Source of the DNA: Dehalococcoidia bacterium
Lineage (GTDB): Bacteria; Chloroflexota; Dehalococcoidia; Lucifugimonadales; UBA3495
Reading direction: 5' to 3'
Length of the DNA: 64,000 nucleotides
Assembly: GCA_965242615.1 (NCBI GenBank)
Contig: CBDESR010000002.1
Location: 4,035 to 68,034 of the forward strand
In this document: piece after piece, positions 39,029 through 48,975 of the stretch
Position numbering within the stretch: position 1 is the stretch's first letter
Layout: the number at the start of each line of letters is the position of its first letter
The notes under the pieces: model-generated
Told to the model about the DNA's origin: nothing
Database searches by the model: none
What the model saw: only the letters and a program-made list of their open reading frames with translations
Program-made: the position numbers and the translations under genes

Positions 39029-40495
<1,467 letters not shown>

Positions 40496-40521
40496 GCGGA
40501 GCCGGCAAGGAGCGAATAGCT

Positions 40522-40962
40522 ATGCCCATGCAACTCGAAATCATCACCGCTGAGCGTCAGGTCTTTGCCGACCAGGTTGACAGCGTCGTCGCCCCCGGCA
40601 TCGGCGGCCAGTTGGGCATTCTGCCCCGTCATGCCCCCCTGATGACTGCCTTGCAGCCCGGCGAAGTTATGATTCGCAAAGATGGCGAACCCTCTTACCT
40701 CGCCGTTACCGGCGGCTTTATGGAAGTGCTGGCCAACAAAGTAACCATCCTCGCCGCCGCCTGCGAGTATTCCCAGGAAATCAGCGAGGAACGCGCCCAA
40801 ACCGCCATGACCCGCGCCCAGGAACGATTGCAAACCCACGCCACCGACTTGGAACTGGAACGCGCCGCCGCCGCCGTCCGCCGCGCCCAAGTTCGCCTCA
40901 ACATCGTCCGCCGTCGCCGCGCCCGGGGCGATATGCGCTCCACTTTGGGGGAACCCCAGTAA
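40522..40962 (+). CDS. atpC: F0F1 ATP synthase subunit epsilon
   Basis: Beta-sandwich N-terminus plus a helical C-terminus, last in the operon. Confidence 0.9.
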   Translation: MPMQLEIITAERQVFADQVDSVVAPGIGGQLGILPRHAPLMTALQPGEVMIRKDGEPSYLAVTGGFMEVLANKVTILAAACEYSQEISEERAQTAMTRAQERLQTHATDLELERAAAAVRRAQVRLNIVRRRRARGDMRSTLGEPQ

Positions 40963-41040
40963 AGGGGCGGCCGGCCAACGCCGCCCCGAAAACTCCCGTC
41001 CCCGCCGCCCTTCCCCGCTATATCATTCCCCCTACATACC

Positions 41041-41132
41041 CATCCCATTCCGCGGCAACAGCCCCCCTATACCATTCCCCCTACACCCCCATGTCATTCC
41101 GAGGCGACAGCCGAGGAATCTCAAATGCCGCC
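41041..41132. repeat. REP family 1 (degenerate half-copy plus a full copy: atgtcattccgaggcgacagccgaggaatctcaaatgccgcc)
   Basis: The same core recurs at 43074, 56621 (inverted) and 58674/58726/58800. Confidence 0.8.
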
Positions 41133-41172
41133 TCCGGCAACCACCCTCAACCCAACCAGCCCTCCCCAAAAA

Positions 41173-41228
41173 CTCAAAAGTTTTGAGGGGGTGCGGGGGA
41201 ACTTTTACAAAAGTTCCCCCGCCGTCTC
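41173..41228. repeat. REP family 3, copy a (two hairpins: ctcaaaa-g-ttttgag and gggggaactttt-ac-aaaagttccccc)
   Basis: Near-identical copies lie at 42286..42342 and 43153..43210. Confidence 0.85.
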
Positions 41229-41236
41229 TTTTTCCG

Positions 41237-41270
41237 CCCCCCCCCCCCCCCCCCCCCAAAAAAAAATTTT
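41237..41270. repeat. C21-A9-T4 compound homopolymer tract
   Basis: Counted directly: C at 41237-41257, A at 41258-41266, T at 41267-41270. The homologous position in the paralogous locus (about 61410-61425, reverse complement) has only C5-A7-T4. Confidence 0.9.
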
Positions 41271-41333
41271 GATTCTCGATCCACCAACCCCTCCGGTAGC
41301 CAACCCCTCCCAACCCCAATTTCCCCAAATCTC

Positions 41334-41438
41334 AAAAAAGGGCGTGATTTTTGTCAAGCAAAAATCACGCCCTTTTTTACCCTGTTTTTACCGGTTTTCC
41401 ACCGGTATTAAAAACGCCTGCCGCTGGGAGGTATTGCT
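41334..41438 (+). promoter_or_regulatory. conserved 5' leader of the secreted-protein paralogs (terminator-like hairpin, second hairpin, SD)
   Basis: AAAAAAGGGCGTGATTTTTG-TCAAG-CAAAAATCACGCCCTTTTTT, then TACCGG-ttttcca-CCGGTA, then ...GGGAGG...ATG. It is homologous to 61225..61329 (minus strand), with 3 compensatory base-pair changes in the first stem. Confidence 0.55.
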
Positions 41439-42260
41439 ATGCACCGCTACCGATTCCCTATCGCCATCCTAATCCTGTCCGCCTTGACCTTCGGTCTGTT
41501 CATCACCGCCAGTCCCACCAACACGACCCAAGCCGCCCCTCGTTCCATTCCTTGGGACTGCTCTGACTGGCAAGAGTCCCCGGCCGTTGAGGATGCCGGA
41601 CGATGCCCCGCGTCTCCCTTATCCTCGAATCCCTCGCCGCCAACCGCGGCAAAACCATCTACTGCGCCATCGACCAGTCCGACACCTTCACCAAAGCTGA
41701 AACCTGGGCCGCCGGCCGCCACCGCAACGAACGCGACGACACCGTCTATTTCGGCCAAAGCGGCAACTTCCCGCGGCTTCCTCGCCGCCCAAGAGGGTTA
41801 TCTCACCGACGGCGAATCCGGCGTTACCGGCGTCTCCCGCGACCTCATCTTTGAATTCCCCCGGGAGCAGCGCCGCGGCAAGAAAACCATAACCAAGCGC
41901 CGGGTAGTCCCCCACGACGACTCCCGCCGCCTCCGCACCCCTCAAACTGCTACCCATGCCCCGGCGCCAGATTTTCCCGAAGCCCAACGGCGCGCGCGAG
42001 TTGAATTTGGCAATAACCCGCCCAGCGGTTTTGCCCCGGCCCAAGCCGCCGCTACTTGGCAGGCTTTAGCTGAAACCGCCGCCGCCGCTTATTGCACCAA
42101 CGCCCGCTACCAGCGCACCGTGGGCGTCAGCACCAGTGACGATATTTGGGAATACACCGGCGACCAGAACCCCCACCCCCAAGGCGTCAATGTTCTTGCC
42201 AACAAAGCCCGCACCTGGACCGCCACCTGCGAAAAGAAAGTCCGCGTCCGCCGCCGCTAA
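41439..42260 (+). CDS. secreted protein of unknown function, paralog 1 (central part out of frame; about 3 indels)
   Basis: Signal peptide MHRYRFPIAILILSALTFGLFITASPTNTTQA. The segment homologous to paralog 2 (VSLILESLAANRGKTIYCAIDQSDTFTKAETW...VYFGQSGNF) is read in ORF 41603..41854. The shared C-terminal tail is CEKKVRVRRR. Confidence 0.6.
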   Translation: MHRYRFPIAILILSALTFGLFITASPTNTTQAAPRSIPWDCSDWQESPAVEDAGRCPASPLSSNPSPPTAAKPSTAPSTSPTPSPKLKPGPPAATATNATTPSISAKAATSRGFLAAQEGYLTDGESGVTGVSRDLIFEFPREQRRGKKTITKRRVVPHDDSRRLRTPQTATHAPAPDFPEAQRRARVEFGNNPPSGFAPAQAAATWQALAETAAAAYCTNARYQRTVGVSTSDDIWEYTGDQNPHPQGVNVLANKARTWTATCEKKVRVRRR

Positions 42261-42285
42261 CCCCGCCCAGCCAGCCATCCCCAAA

Positions 42286-42342
42286 TCCAAAAGTTTTGAG
42301 GGGGTGCGGGGGAACTTTTACAAAAGTTCCCCCGCCGTCTCC
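42286..42342. repeat. REP family 3, copy b
   Basis: tccaaaagttttgagggggtgcgggggaacttttacaaaagttcccccgccgtctcc. Confidence 0.85.
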
Positions 42343-42443
42343 CCATAACCCACCAACGGCAATCCGCCAACCCCCCGGCAGTTGTCAAAACCCCTCCTCA
42401 TCCCTTATAATCCCCTTACCCTGCAACCGAGGTCGTACTCCTT

Positions 42444-43017
42444 ATGACCCTGCCTTTAGACACCGCCCCCGGCCCCTCGCCCGACGCCATCCGCAACGCC
42501 GGCATCAGCCAGGAACTGCTGACCAACGCCCGCCTGGAACTCGACGCCGGCGACCTGCTCCAAGCCTCCGATAAAGCGTGGGGCGCCGCCGCCTTTGCCG
42601 TCAAAGCCGTCGCCGAAAAACGCCGCTGGTTCAACGACGCCGACTGGAAACTCGAGAAAGCCGTCGGCATCATCTCCACCGAACTGAATGACAGCGCTAT
42701 CCGCGGCAACTATCAGCAGTCCCGCAACGCCCACTACAACTTTTACCACCACGAATACAGCCCTTGGCAGGTAGCCAACATCATCGCCGGACACCGCCGA
42801 GTTGATTGCCCGGCTGGCGCCGCTCCTGTCCCCCAACTACATCCCGCCCTACATCATCCCCGAAATGGAAGCCGAAAAGCGGCGACTGGAACAGCCCACC
42901 AGCCAACGCGACCACGAACGTCTGACCAACGGCCGCCCCCCAATCGAGCAGCGACCGCCCCTTGCCCCACCGCCCACCCCGGACACCCCACCCGAAAACG
43001 GCGCCGCCCCCCAATAG
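42444..43017 (+). CDS. PaREP1-like (HEPN-fold) protein with a Pro-rich tail; apparent +1 frameshift near 42790
   Basis: GDLLQASDKAWGAAAFAVKAVAEKRRW ... AHYNFYHHEY. The join ...ANIIAGHAELIARLAPLLSPNYIPPY is restored by removing one C. Confidence 0.55.
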
Positions 43018-43073
43018 CCCCCTTCCCCTCTGCCATTCCGCCCTTACCCACCGGCTTTCCCGGCCCTTTTCCC

Positions 43074-43117
43074 CATGTCATTCCGAGCCAACAGCCGAGG
43101 AATCTAAAATACCCGCC
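43074..43117. repeat. REP family 1 copy
   Basis: catgtcattccgagccaacagccgaggaatctaaaatacccgcc. Confidence 0.8.
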
Positions 43118-43152
43118 TTAAACCCCTCCCAAAACCCGCAGCCATCCCCAAA

Positions 43153-43210
43153 CTCAAAAAGTTTTGAGGGGGCGCGGGGGAACTTTTACAAAAGTTCCCC
43201 CGCCGTCTCC
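43153..43210. repeat. REP family 3, copy c
   Basis: ctcaaaaagttttgagggggcgcgggggaacttttacaaaagttcccccgccgtctcc. Confidence 0.85.
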
Positions 43211-43260
43211 CCGGCTGACAACCGCTATCCCCATCCTCCGGCAAACGTCCCACCCTTCTA

Positions 43261-43288
43261 CCGTCATTCCCACGAAAGTGGGAATCCA
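43261..43288. repeat. REP family 2 copy
   Basis: ccgtcattcccacgaaagtgggaatcca. Confidence 0.8.
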
Positions 43289-43335
43289 TAACCTTCAATT
43301 CCCAAAATATATCCGAAAATCCGTCTTAAACAACC

Positions 43336-43365
43336 TTGACAACTATAACCCCCATCCTCCATAAT
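43336..43365 (+). promoter_or_regulatory. near-consensus sigma70-type promoter with no ORF downstream
   Basis: TTGACA (43336-43341), an 18-nt spacer, then CATAAT (43360-43365). Confidence 0.5.
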
Positions 43366-43371
43366 AAGAAT

Positions 43372-43845
43372 CGCAAAGTCAGACTTGGCCCCGGGACGCC
43401 GGGTGTAAAACGATACGCTAGCTTACCGTGAAACTATAGCTCACAGCGCGCTGTGGGTCCCATCGTCGTAATGCGGCTTTAGGGACCCCGCTCCTGACCC
43501 CGGAGAACGGGACTAAGGAACCCCGTATCCCCAACCGGAGCCGCGGAAAACGGCAAATCCCAATCGCCGCCAAACCGCCGCCCCTTCCTACCAGGAGCTG
43601 GAGTTAACAGGTTGACTGGAGGTCGGTCAACCAACGGTAGCTGGACTGGGCCAACCCGCCGGAATGGCAACCATACCAACCGGCGTTAGTAACCAATTCA
43701 AGGTCCGTTACCGGACGGCGAATCTGGTCGGGCAAAGCCGACATGACCAGCGAGGAGAGCAATCGGTGTTTCGCAACCCGCATGGCCAGATTTGCCAACC
43801 GCCTCCCGCACGGGCGGAACCTCCGGCCAGGGGTTCCGCCCCCCG
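43372..43845 (+). ncRNA. candidate structured non-coding RNA (class unknown)
   Basis: No credible ORF on either strand. There are many local GC-rich hairpins with GNRA/GAAA-type loops on the plus strand: CACAGCG-CGCTGTG, GGGTCCC...GGGACCC, GCCG-cggaaaa-CGGC, GGTTGAC-tggaggtcg-GTCAACC and GTCGG-gcaaag-CCGAC. A terminal hairpin GGGCGGAACC...GGTTCCGCCC lies at about 43812-43842. Confidence 0.35.
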
Positions 43846-43941
43846 CGAACTACCCCAATAGCAATCGGCAAACCCCAACCCGCCGGGGCGGCCCCAAGCC
43901 GCCGCCCCGGCCATACCCCGTACCGGGGCCTGCCCCCCATG

Positions 43942-43972
43942 CTTATTGACGCCCCGGCTAACCAACGCCATC
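43942..43972. repeat. solo copy of the TIR sequence of the 58631..58857 element
   Basis: cttattgacgccccggctaaccaacgccatc compared with caattattgacgccccgggtaaccgacgccata. Confidence 0.6.
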
Positions 43973-43977
43973 CCGCC

Positions 43978-44271
43978 CTACTGCGCCAACGCCCACCGCG
44001 GCACCTTTGTAATCCGGATGTGCGACACCAGAAACAGCGCCTGATTCGACCGCCGCACCTCAAACTCCTGAAACCCCTCCCCCACCTCCAAATGCCGCGA
44101 AATGGTCAGCAGCATATCCCGCCGCAGCGCCTCCAGCACTTCCGGGGCCACCAAGTCAAACCGATCCCGGGTAATCGCCGTTTGCAGCCGCTCCCGGGCA
44201 ATGTTTTTCGTGTAATCCGGGTTCTCCCGGACTTCCTTGCGGCTCCGCGGCCGGCGCAGCGCTTTAAGCAT
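43978..44271 (-). CDS. minE: cell division topological specificity factor MinE
   Basis: N-terminal KNIARERLQTAITRDR and its position after minD. Confidence 0.8.
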   Translation of the reverse strand: MLKALRRPRSRKEVRENPDYTKNIARERLQTAITRDRFDLVAPEVLEALRRDMLLTISRHLEVGEGFQEFEVRRSNQALFLVSHIRITKVPRWALAQ

Positions 44272-45082
44272 GGGAATACTCGCTTCGGCTGATGCCCATA
44301 ATGCTCCGCACCTTGTCCATCAGCCCATTCTTGTCCTCCGGCTCCAGCAGCGGCACCTCATCCCCGTCAATCCGCGCCGCAATCCGGGAAAACGCCATCC
44401 CCGACGGCGCCCGCTTGTCATGAATCACCGGCACCCCCTGGTTCGTCGCCGTAATCAGTCGGTCATCCGCCGGCACCATCCCCAGGATATCCACCGCCAG
44501 CAGCTCCACGATGTCATCCTTATCCAGCATATCCCCGCGCTTCACCATCCCCGGCCGGATCCGGTTGATAATCAGCCGGGGATTATGCAGCTCCGCCGCC
44601 TCCAGCAGACCAATCACCCGGTCGGCGTCCCGAATGGCTGACACCTCCGGCGTCGTTACCACTATCGCCTCCTGCGCCGGCCCGATGGCATTCTTGAACC
44701 CCTGCTCAATCCCCGCCGGGCAGTCAATCAGCACATAGTCAAACTCCTCCGCCAACTGCCGGCACAGCCCTTGCAGCTGCTCCGGATTGATGCAGTTCTT
44801 ATCCCGCGTCTGCGGCGCCGGTATCAGGTACAACTCATGGTTGTGCTTGTCCCGAATCAACGCCTGATGCAGCTTGCACCGCCCCTCGATGGCATCCACC
44901 AAATCGTACACGATGCGGTTCTCCAGTCCCATCACCACATCCAGGTTTCGCAAGCCAATGTCGGTGTCGATAACCACCACCCGCTGCCCCCGCAGCGCCA
45001 GCCCCGTGCCGATATTCGCCGTGGTAGTCGTCTTGCCCACGCCCCCCTTGCCCGAAGTGATGACTATGGTCTTACCCTTCAT
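44264..45082 (-). CDS. minD: septum site-determining ATPase MinD
   Basis: MKGKTIVITSGKGGVGKTTTTANIG deviant Walker A; full length. Confidence 0.95.
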   Translation of the reverse strand: MKGKTIVITSGKGGVGKTTTTANIGTGLALRGQRVVVIDTDIGLRNLDVVMGLENRIVYDLVDAIEGRCKLHQALIRDKHNHELYLIPAPQTRDKNCINPEQLQGLCRQLAEEFDYVLIDCPAGIEQGFKNAIGPAQEAIVVTTPEVSAIRDADRVIGLLEAAELHNPRLIINRIRPGMVKRGDMLDKDDIVELLAVDILGMVPADDRLITATNQGVPVIHDKRAPSGMAFSRIAARIDGDEVPLLEPEDKNGLMDKVRSIMGISRSEYSHA

Positions 45083-46169
45083 ACAGTATCCCTCCCTGGT
45101 ACTCCTCTTGCCGCCGGGTGAACGGCGCCACAAATATGGAACGCCGCCGCACATACGCCACCTGCGGCGTCCGCCCTTGACTCTTACTCCGCCGCACCCG
45201 GGCCGGGGCTTCCCCGATATGCGGCCCAATCTGAACCCGATGGGACTCCAGATTCAGCGCAATAATCGTGGCTTTCAAGTCCCCGGCCGCCCCGGCATGA
45301 GCCAATCCCCGCAACGCCCCAAAAACCACAATATCCCCATCAGCGATGATTTCCGCCCCCGGGTTCACATCCGCCATCGCCACCACATCCCCCGGATACC
45401 GAATTACCTCCCCGGAACGGCAGGTCGTCTTGATAATCAACGCCGGCGCCCCCCGCTGCGCGCTAACCGCCATCTCCCCAACCGCCCCTACATCCGCCCC
45501 ATCATCATCCCCCGCCGGCAGCGCCGCCCCCCTTTCCTCAGCAACTTCCGCCGCCGCCGCACCAATCACCGCCGCAGGTTCATCCCCCGCCCCATCATCC
45601 CCGGCCGGTTCGGTATCCGCCGGCTGCACGGCCGCCGCTTCATCAACCGCCGCCGCCGGCTTCGCCGCTTCTGCATCCGCTACTGCCGGCTCATCAACTA
45701 CCGCCACCGCCCCGCTTGCCGCTCCCGCCGCCGCACCCGGCAAGACCGCCGCACCACCCGCCGCCTTAACCCCATTCCTCGCGCGGCCCCGCCGTTCCCC
45801 CGCCGGCGAACCATCCTCCGGAGCCAAAGCCTCATCCAATTCCCGGCCGCCATCGCCAGCAACCTCCGGGATTGCCGCCTTGGCCGGACTGTTCAAGGCT
45901 TCCTCGATGATTTCCGGAGCGCACCAGTAGCGGGACACCGTCAGCCCCGACTCCTGATCCAAAATCCGCTTAATCCCCGAAAGCTCCGCCGCCTCCAGAA
46001 TCCGCCGCCCCACATTCACCGAAATCGTGCCGCGGGAGTAAAGCCCGTTGCACTCCGCTAGGTAACTGCGGAGCCCCTGCACCGCCGTCTCGTAAGGCAC
46101 CGTGTCGTCAATGGTAAAGTCCACATTGGCGCCCCGGCCCATCACCTGAATCGTTTCCGTTTCCGGCAT
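45072..46169 (-). CDS. minC: septum site-determining protein MinC (with a linker of over 100 aa rich in Ala/Gly/Asp)
   Basis: The C-terminal beta-helix region is GDVVAMADVNPGAEIIADGDIVVFGALRGLAHAG. The ATG at 46169 gives MPETETIQV. Confidence 0.8.
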   Translation of the reverse strand: MPETETIQVMGRGANVDFTIDDTVPYETAVQGLRSYLAECNGLYSRGTISVNVGRRILEAAELSGIKRILDQESGLTVSRYWCAPEIIEEALNSPAKAAIPEVAGDGGRELDEALAPEDGSPAGERRGRARNGVKAAGGAAVLPGAAAGAASGAVAVVDEPAVADAEAAKPAAAVDEAAAVQPADTEPAGDDGAGDEPAAVIGAAAAEVAEERGAALPAGDDDGADVGAVGEMAVSAQRGAPALIIKTTCRSGEVIRYPGDVVAMADVNPGAEIIADGDIVVFGALRGLAHAGAAGDLKATIIALNLESHRVQIGPHIGEAPARVRRSKSQGRTPQVAYVRRRSIFVAPFTRRQEEYQGGILYEG

Positions 46170-46487
46170 CCGACTTTCTCTAAATCGAAAAGGATTGAAA
46201 AGTAACGCAGCTTTGCGGGGAATCCCCGGCACGGCACGGCAAAAACCGCCCCGCCGCCCCTATTGCCCCCAGCTCACCCCGGGTTATAACAAGCCCCCGC
46301 CGTTTCTTTCAAGGCTTATGTTGACCCGTTTTGCGGCAAAATCCGACCGCGCCCTTTACTCCGGCTGGAAAAGCATACTTGCCGGCAAGCCCGCCCCTTT
46401 AACCGCCGTGGCCAGTCGGCTATAATATCCCCGCCTCAAACGGCGCAATTATCAACTTTCAGCAATCCAGGCAATAAAGGAGGATTT

Positions 46488-46811
46488 ATGCCCGATACCG
46501 ATTTTGTCAAAGTAGCTGCCGTCAGCGAACTGCCCCCCGGCGATATGAAAGTCGTGGATGTGGGCGACGAACAGATACTCCTGGTCAACGTGGACGGCGC
46601 CGTCCACGCCTGCGATGACATCTGCTCCCACGCCTACGCCTCCCTCTCCGAGGGCGACCTCGACGGCGCGGAAGTAGAGTGTCCCCTCCACGGTGCCGTT
46701 TTTAATGTCGCCACCGGCAAAGCCCTGACCCCGCCGGCTGTCGACGCCCTCCGCACCTTCGCCGTCCGGGTCGATGGCGATGACATTCTGGTCGGCCCAG
46801 CCCAAGGGTAA
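46488..46811 (+). CDS. Rieske [2Fe-2S] ferredoxin-type protein
   Basis: CSH (ACDDICSHAYA) and CPLHG motifs. Confidence 0.85.
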   Translation: MPDTDFVKVAAVSELPPGDMKVVDVGDEQILLVNVDGAVHACDDICSHAYASLSEGDLDGAEVECPLHGAVFNVATGKALTPPAVDALRTFAVRVDGDDILVGPAQG

Positions 46812-46907
46812 GCCCAAGCCCGCCCGTCCCGACGCCGCAAAAAAACCGGCCCCGGATTGCTCCGGGGCCGGCTCCGACAAAAGGGAAATCGGGAGCGCAG
46901 CTGCCGC

Positions 46908-47501
46908 CTACTGCGGTATCCCGAAACTGTCAAAAGGCCAATATACTACCCAGACCTGGCCCACGATGTTCTGCTCTGGCACTATGCCCCAATCCCGGGA
47001 GTCATTGCTGTAAAGCCGATTATCCCCCAGCACAAAATACTCCCGCTCCCCCAGCAGCACCGGCCCGATATTGTCGTAACCAACATTTTTCAGATACCAC
47101 TCCGGGAAAATCGCCCCGTTCACCCGCACTTGCCCCTCCACAATTTCCACTTCATCCCCCGGCGTGCCGATTATCCGCTTCACAAAATCCCGGTCGGGAT
47201 CCTCCGGGGAGTGAAAGACGATAATCTCCCGGGCTTGGGGCGGCCGCAGCGGATACCCTGGCACCTCTGGGTCAACTCTCCAGAAAGGGATTATACGGGA
47301 CAGCCGCGCCAGGTCCACCCGGGTATAAATCAGCTTGTTGACCAGCAGATACTGCTGCCCTTCCAAAGTGGGCGACATACTGGAACCTTCCACCCGAAAG
47401 TTCTGGATGCTGCCCTGAATCAGAATAAAGGCGATGACCGCCATCGCCAGGGCTTCCAGTATCTCCCGCGCTGCCGTTGACATTGACGCCGCTCTCCGCA
47501 A
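46908..47501 (-). CDS. lepB: signal peptidase I
   Basis: GSSMSPTL (catalytic Ser), KRIIG..GD (Lys) and GDNRLYSNDSR boxes. Confidence 0.9.
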   Translation of the reverse strand: MRRAASMSTAAREILEALAMAVIAFILIQGSIQNFRVEGSSMSPTLEGQQYLLVNKLIYTRVDLARLSRIIPFWRVDPEVPGYPLRPPQAREIIVFHSPEDPDRDFVKRIIGTPGDEVEIVEGQVRVNGAIFPEWYLKNVGYDNIGPVLLGEREYFVLGDNRLYSNDSRDWGIVPEQNIVGQVWVVYWPFDSFGIPQ

Positions 47502-47649
47502 AACCGACGGTAAGCAAGTTGCCTACTAGATTACCGTAAAATCGGGTAGATGGCAACAACTTTCCCTGCCGGCGGCGCAGAGTCGCCGCAAACCGCCCCA
47601 TCTGCTACAATCCCCGGCAATAAATTGACAGCAAGCAAGGGAGGGCGTT

Positions 47650-48564
47650 ATGGCTTGGCATTACGATTACCGGTTCGAGTTGCTCAACCGTCCTTATGGC
47701 GGCGTTAGCGAAGGGCCGGTTTGGGATGGCGAATCCATCCTATTTACCCACATTCCCAGCAGCCGCATTATGCGCTACGACCCCAACTCCGGGGATATTG
47801 CCGAGGATCGGGGCAATACCAACCACACCAACGGCTTGGCTTTTGACGCCCGGGGCAACCTGTTCGGTTGCTGCTCCGGCGGCCGGGCTATCGTCCGCTT
47901 TAACCCGGACGGCACTACCACTACCGTCGCTGACCGGGTGGACGGGCAAAAACTCAACACGCCCAACGACTTGGCCATTGACCGCCGCGGCCGTATCTGG
48001 TTCACCAACCCCTGGAACGCCGGCAACATCGACCCCAGCGAAGTCGAGGAACTGGACAACCGCTCGGTGCTGTGCGCCGCCCCCCAACCGGACGGCAGCT
48101 ATACGGTAACCCGCGTTACCTTTGACACCACGATGCCCAACGGTATCCTGGTTTCCCCCGACCAGCGCACCCTCTATGTGGCGGAAAGCAACAGCGACCG
48201 CCCCGACCTGAACCGGGAACTGCGGGCCTATCCCATCAATGACGATGGCAGACTGGGGGCTTACCGCACCCTGCACACTTTCGGCGCCGACACCGCCGGG
48301 GCCCAGCGCGGCATTGACGGGATGTGCCTCGACGCCGAGGGCAACATTGTCGCCACCGCCGGCTGGGAAGTCAGCGGCCCCGGCGGGATGATTTATGTAT
48401 TCTCCCCCACCGGCCGGGTGCTGGAAACCCATCCCATCGCCGCCAACCGCCCCACCAATTGTTGCTTTGGCGGCCCCGGCTTGACTACCCTGTATGTTAC
48501 CTCGACCGACGGCCACTTTTACCGGGCTGAAACCGACCGGGTAGGCTGGGCTATCTACCCTTAA
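47650..48564 (+). CDS. SMP-30/gluconolactonase/LRE family protein
   Basis: EGPVWDG, PNDLAIDRRGRIWFT and PNGILVSPD are six-blade propeller motifs. Confidence 0.85.
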   Translation: MAWHYDYRFELLNRPYGGVSEGPVWDGESILFTHIPSSRIMRYDPNSGDIAEDRGNTNHTNGLAFDARGNLFGCCSGGRAIVRFNPDGTTTTVADRVDGQKLNTPNDLAIDRRGRIWFTNPWNAGNIDPSEVEELDNRSVLCAAPQPDGSYTVTRVTFDTTMPNGILVSPDQRTLYVAESNSDRPDLNRELRAYPINDDGRLGAYRTLHTFGADTAGAQRGIDGMCLDAEGNIVATAGWEVSGPGGMIYVFSPTGRVLETHPIAANRPTNCCFGGPGLTTLYVTSTDGHFYRAETDRVGWAIYP

Positions 48565-48601
48565 ACCGGGTTACAAACCGTCCTCTGCCCAGGAGCGGCT
48601 T

Positions 48602-48958
48602 ATGCAGAATATGGATTTGCGGGGACATGGGATTGGCCGGCGGCAGCTGCGGCAGGGCGGCGGCCGCGGCAACGGCAATGACCATGTCGAGGATTTGTAC
48701 GGCTGCACCGAGCTTTATGTCTATCAGCCGCCCAACAAGCGGGTAACCGGCTACGAATCCCTCAAGCTGTTTCTCGAATCCGAAGGCTGCGAGGCGCTCT
48801 TTACCGCTGACGCCCCGCCGGAGTTAAACGGCTATGAAACGCTGCGGATTACCCAGCGGCAGGGGCAGCCCATCCCGGCGGCCGTAGTCAAGCGCGCCCA
48901 TTCCTGGGCCCACCAGCGCAACTTTCTGCACAGCTTTTTCAAGCCGCTGTACCGCTAG
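48602..48958 (+). CDS. hypothetical protein
   Basis: An ORF with coding-like composition; I recognise no motif. Confidence 0.35.
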   Translation: MQNMDLRGHGIGRRQLRQGGGRGNGNDHVEDLYGCTELYVYQPPNKRVTGYESLKLFLESEGCEALFTADAPPELNGYETLRITQRQGQPIPAAVVKRAHSWAHQRNFLHSFFKPLYR

Positions 48959-48975
48959 GGCGGCCGGGGTAAACC

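Noticed and set aside
41603-41854. A separate 83-aa gene inside paralog 1.
   Set aside because: It is the out-of-frame middle of the 41439..42260 gene. It aligns to residues of the intact paralog 60313..61224.
41041-43288. An integron cassette array.
   Set aside because: No intI gene or attI is in the window. The repeated element has perfect short hairpins, not the imperfect R''-L''/L'-R' attC architecture.
43372-43845. The structured region as RNase P RNA, tmRNA or SRP RNA.
   Set aside because: I could not find the universal motifs on either strand: GGAAAGTCCGGGC / ACAGAACCCGGCTTA; a tRNA-like 3' end with CCA and an ...LAA tag ORF; GGTCCGGAAGGAAGCAGC. It is kept only as an unclassified ncRNA candidate.
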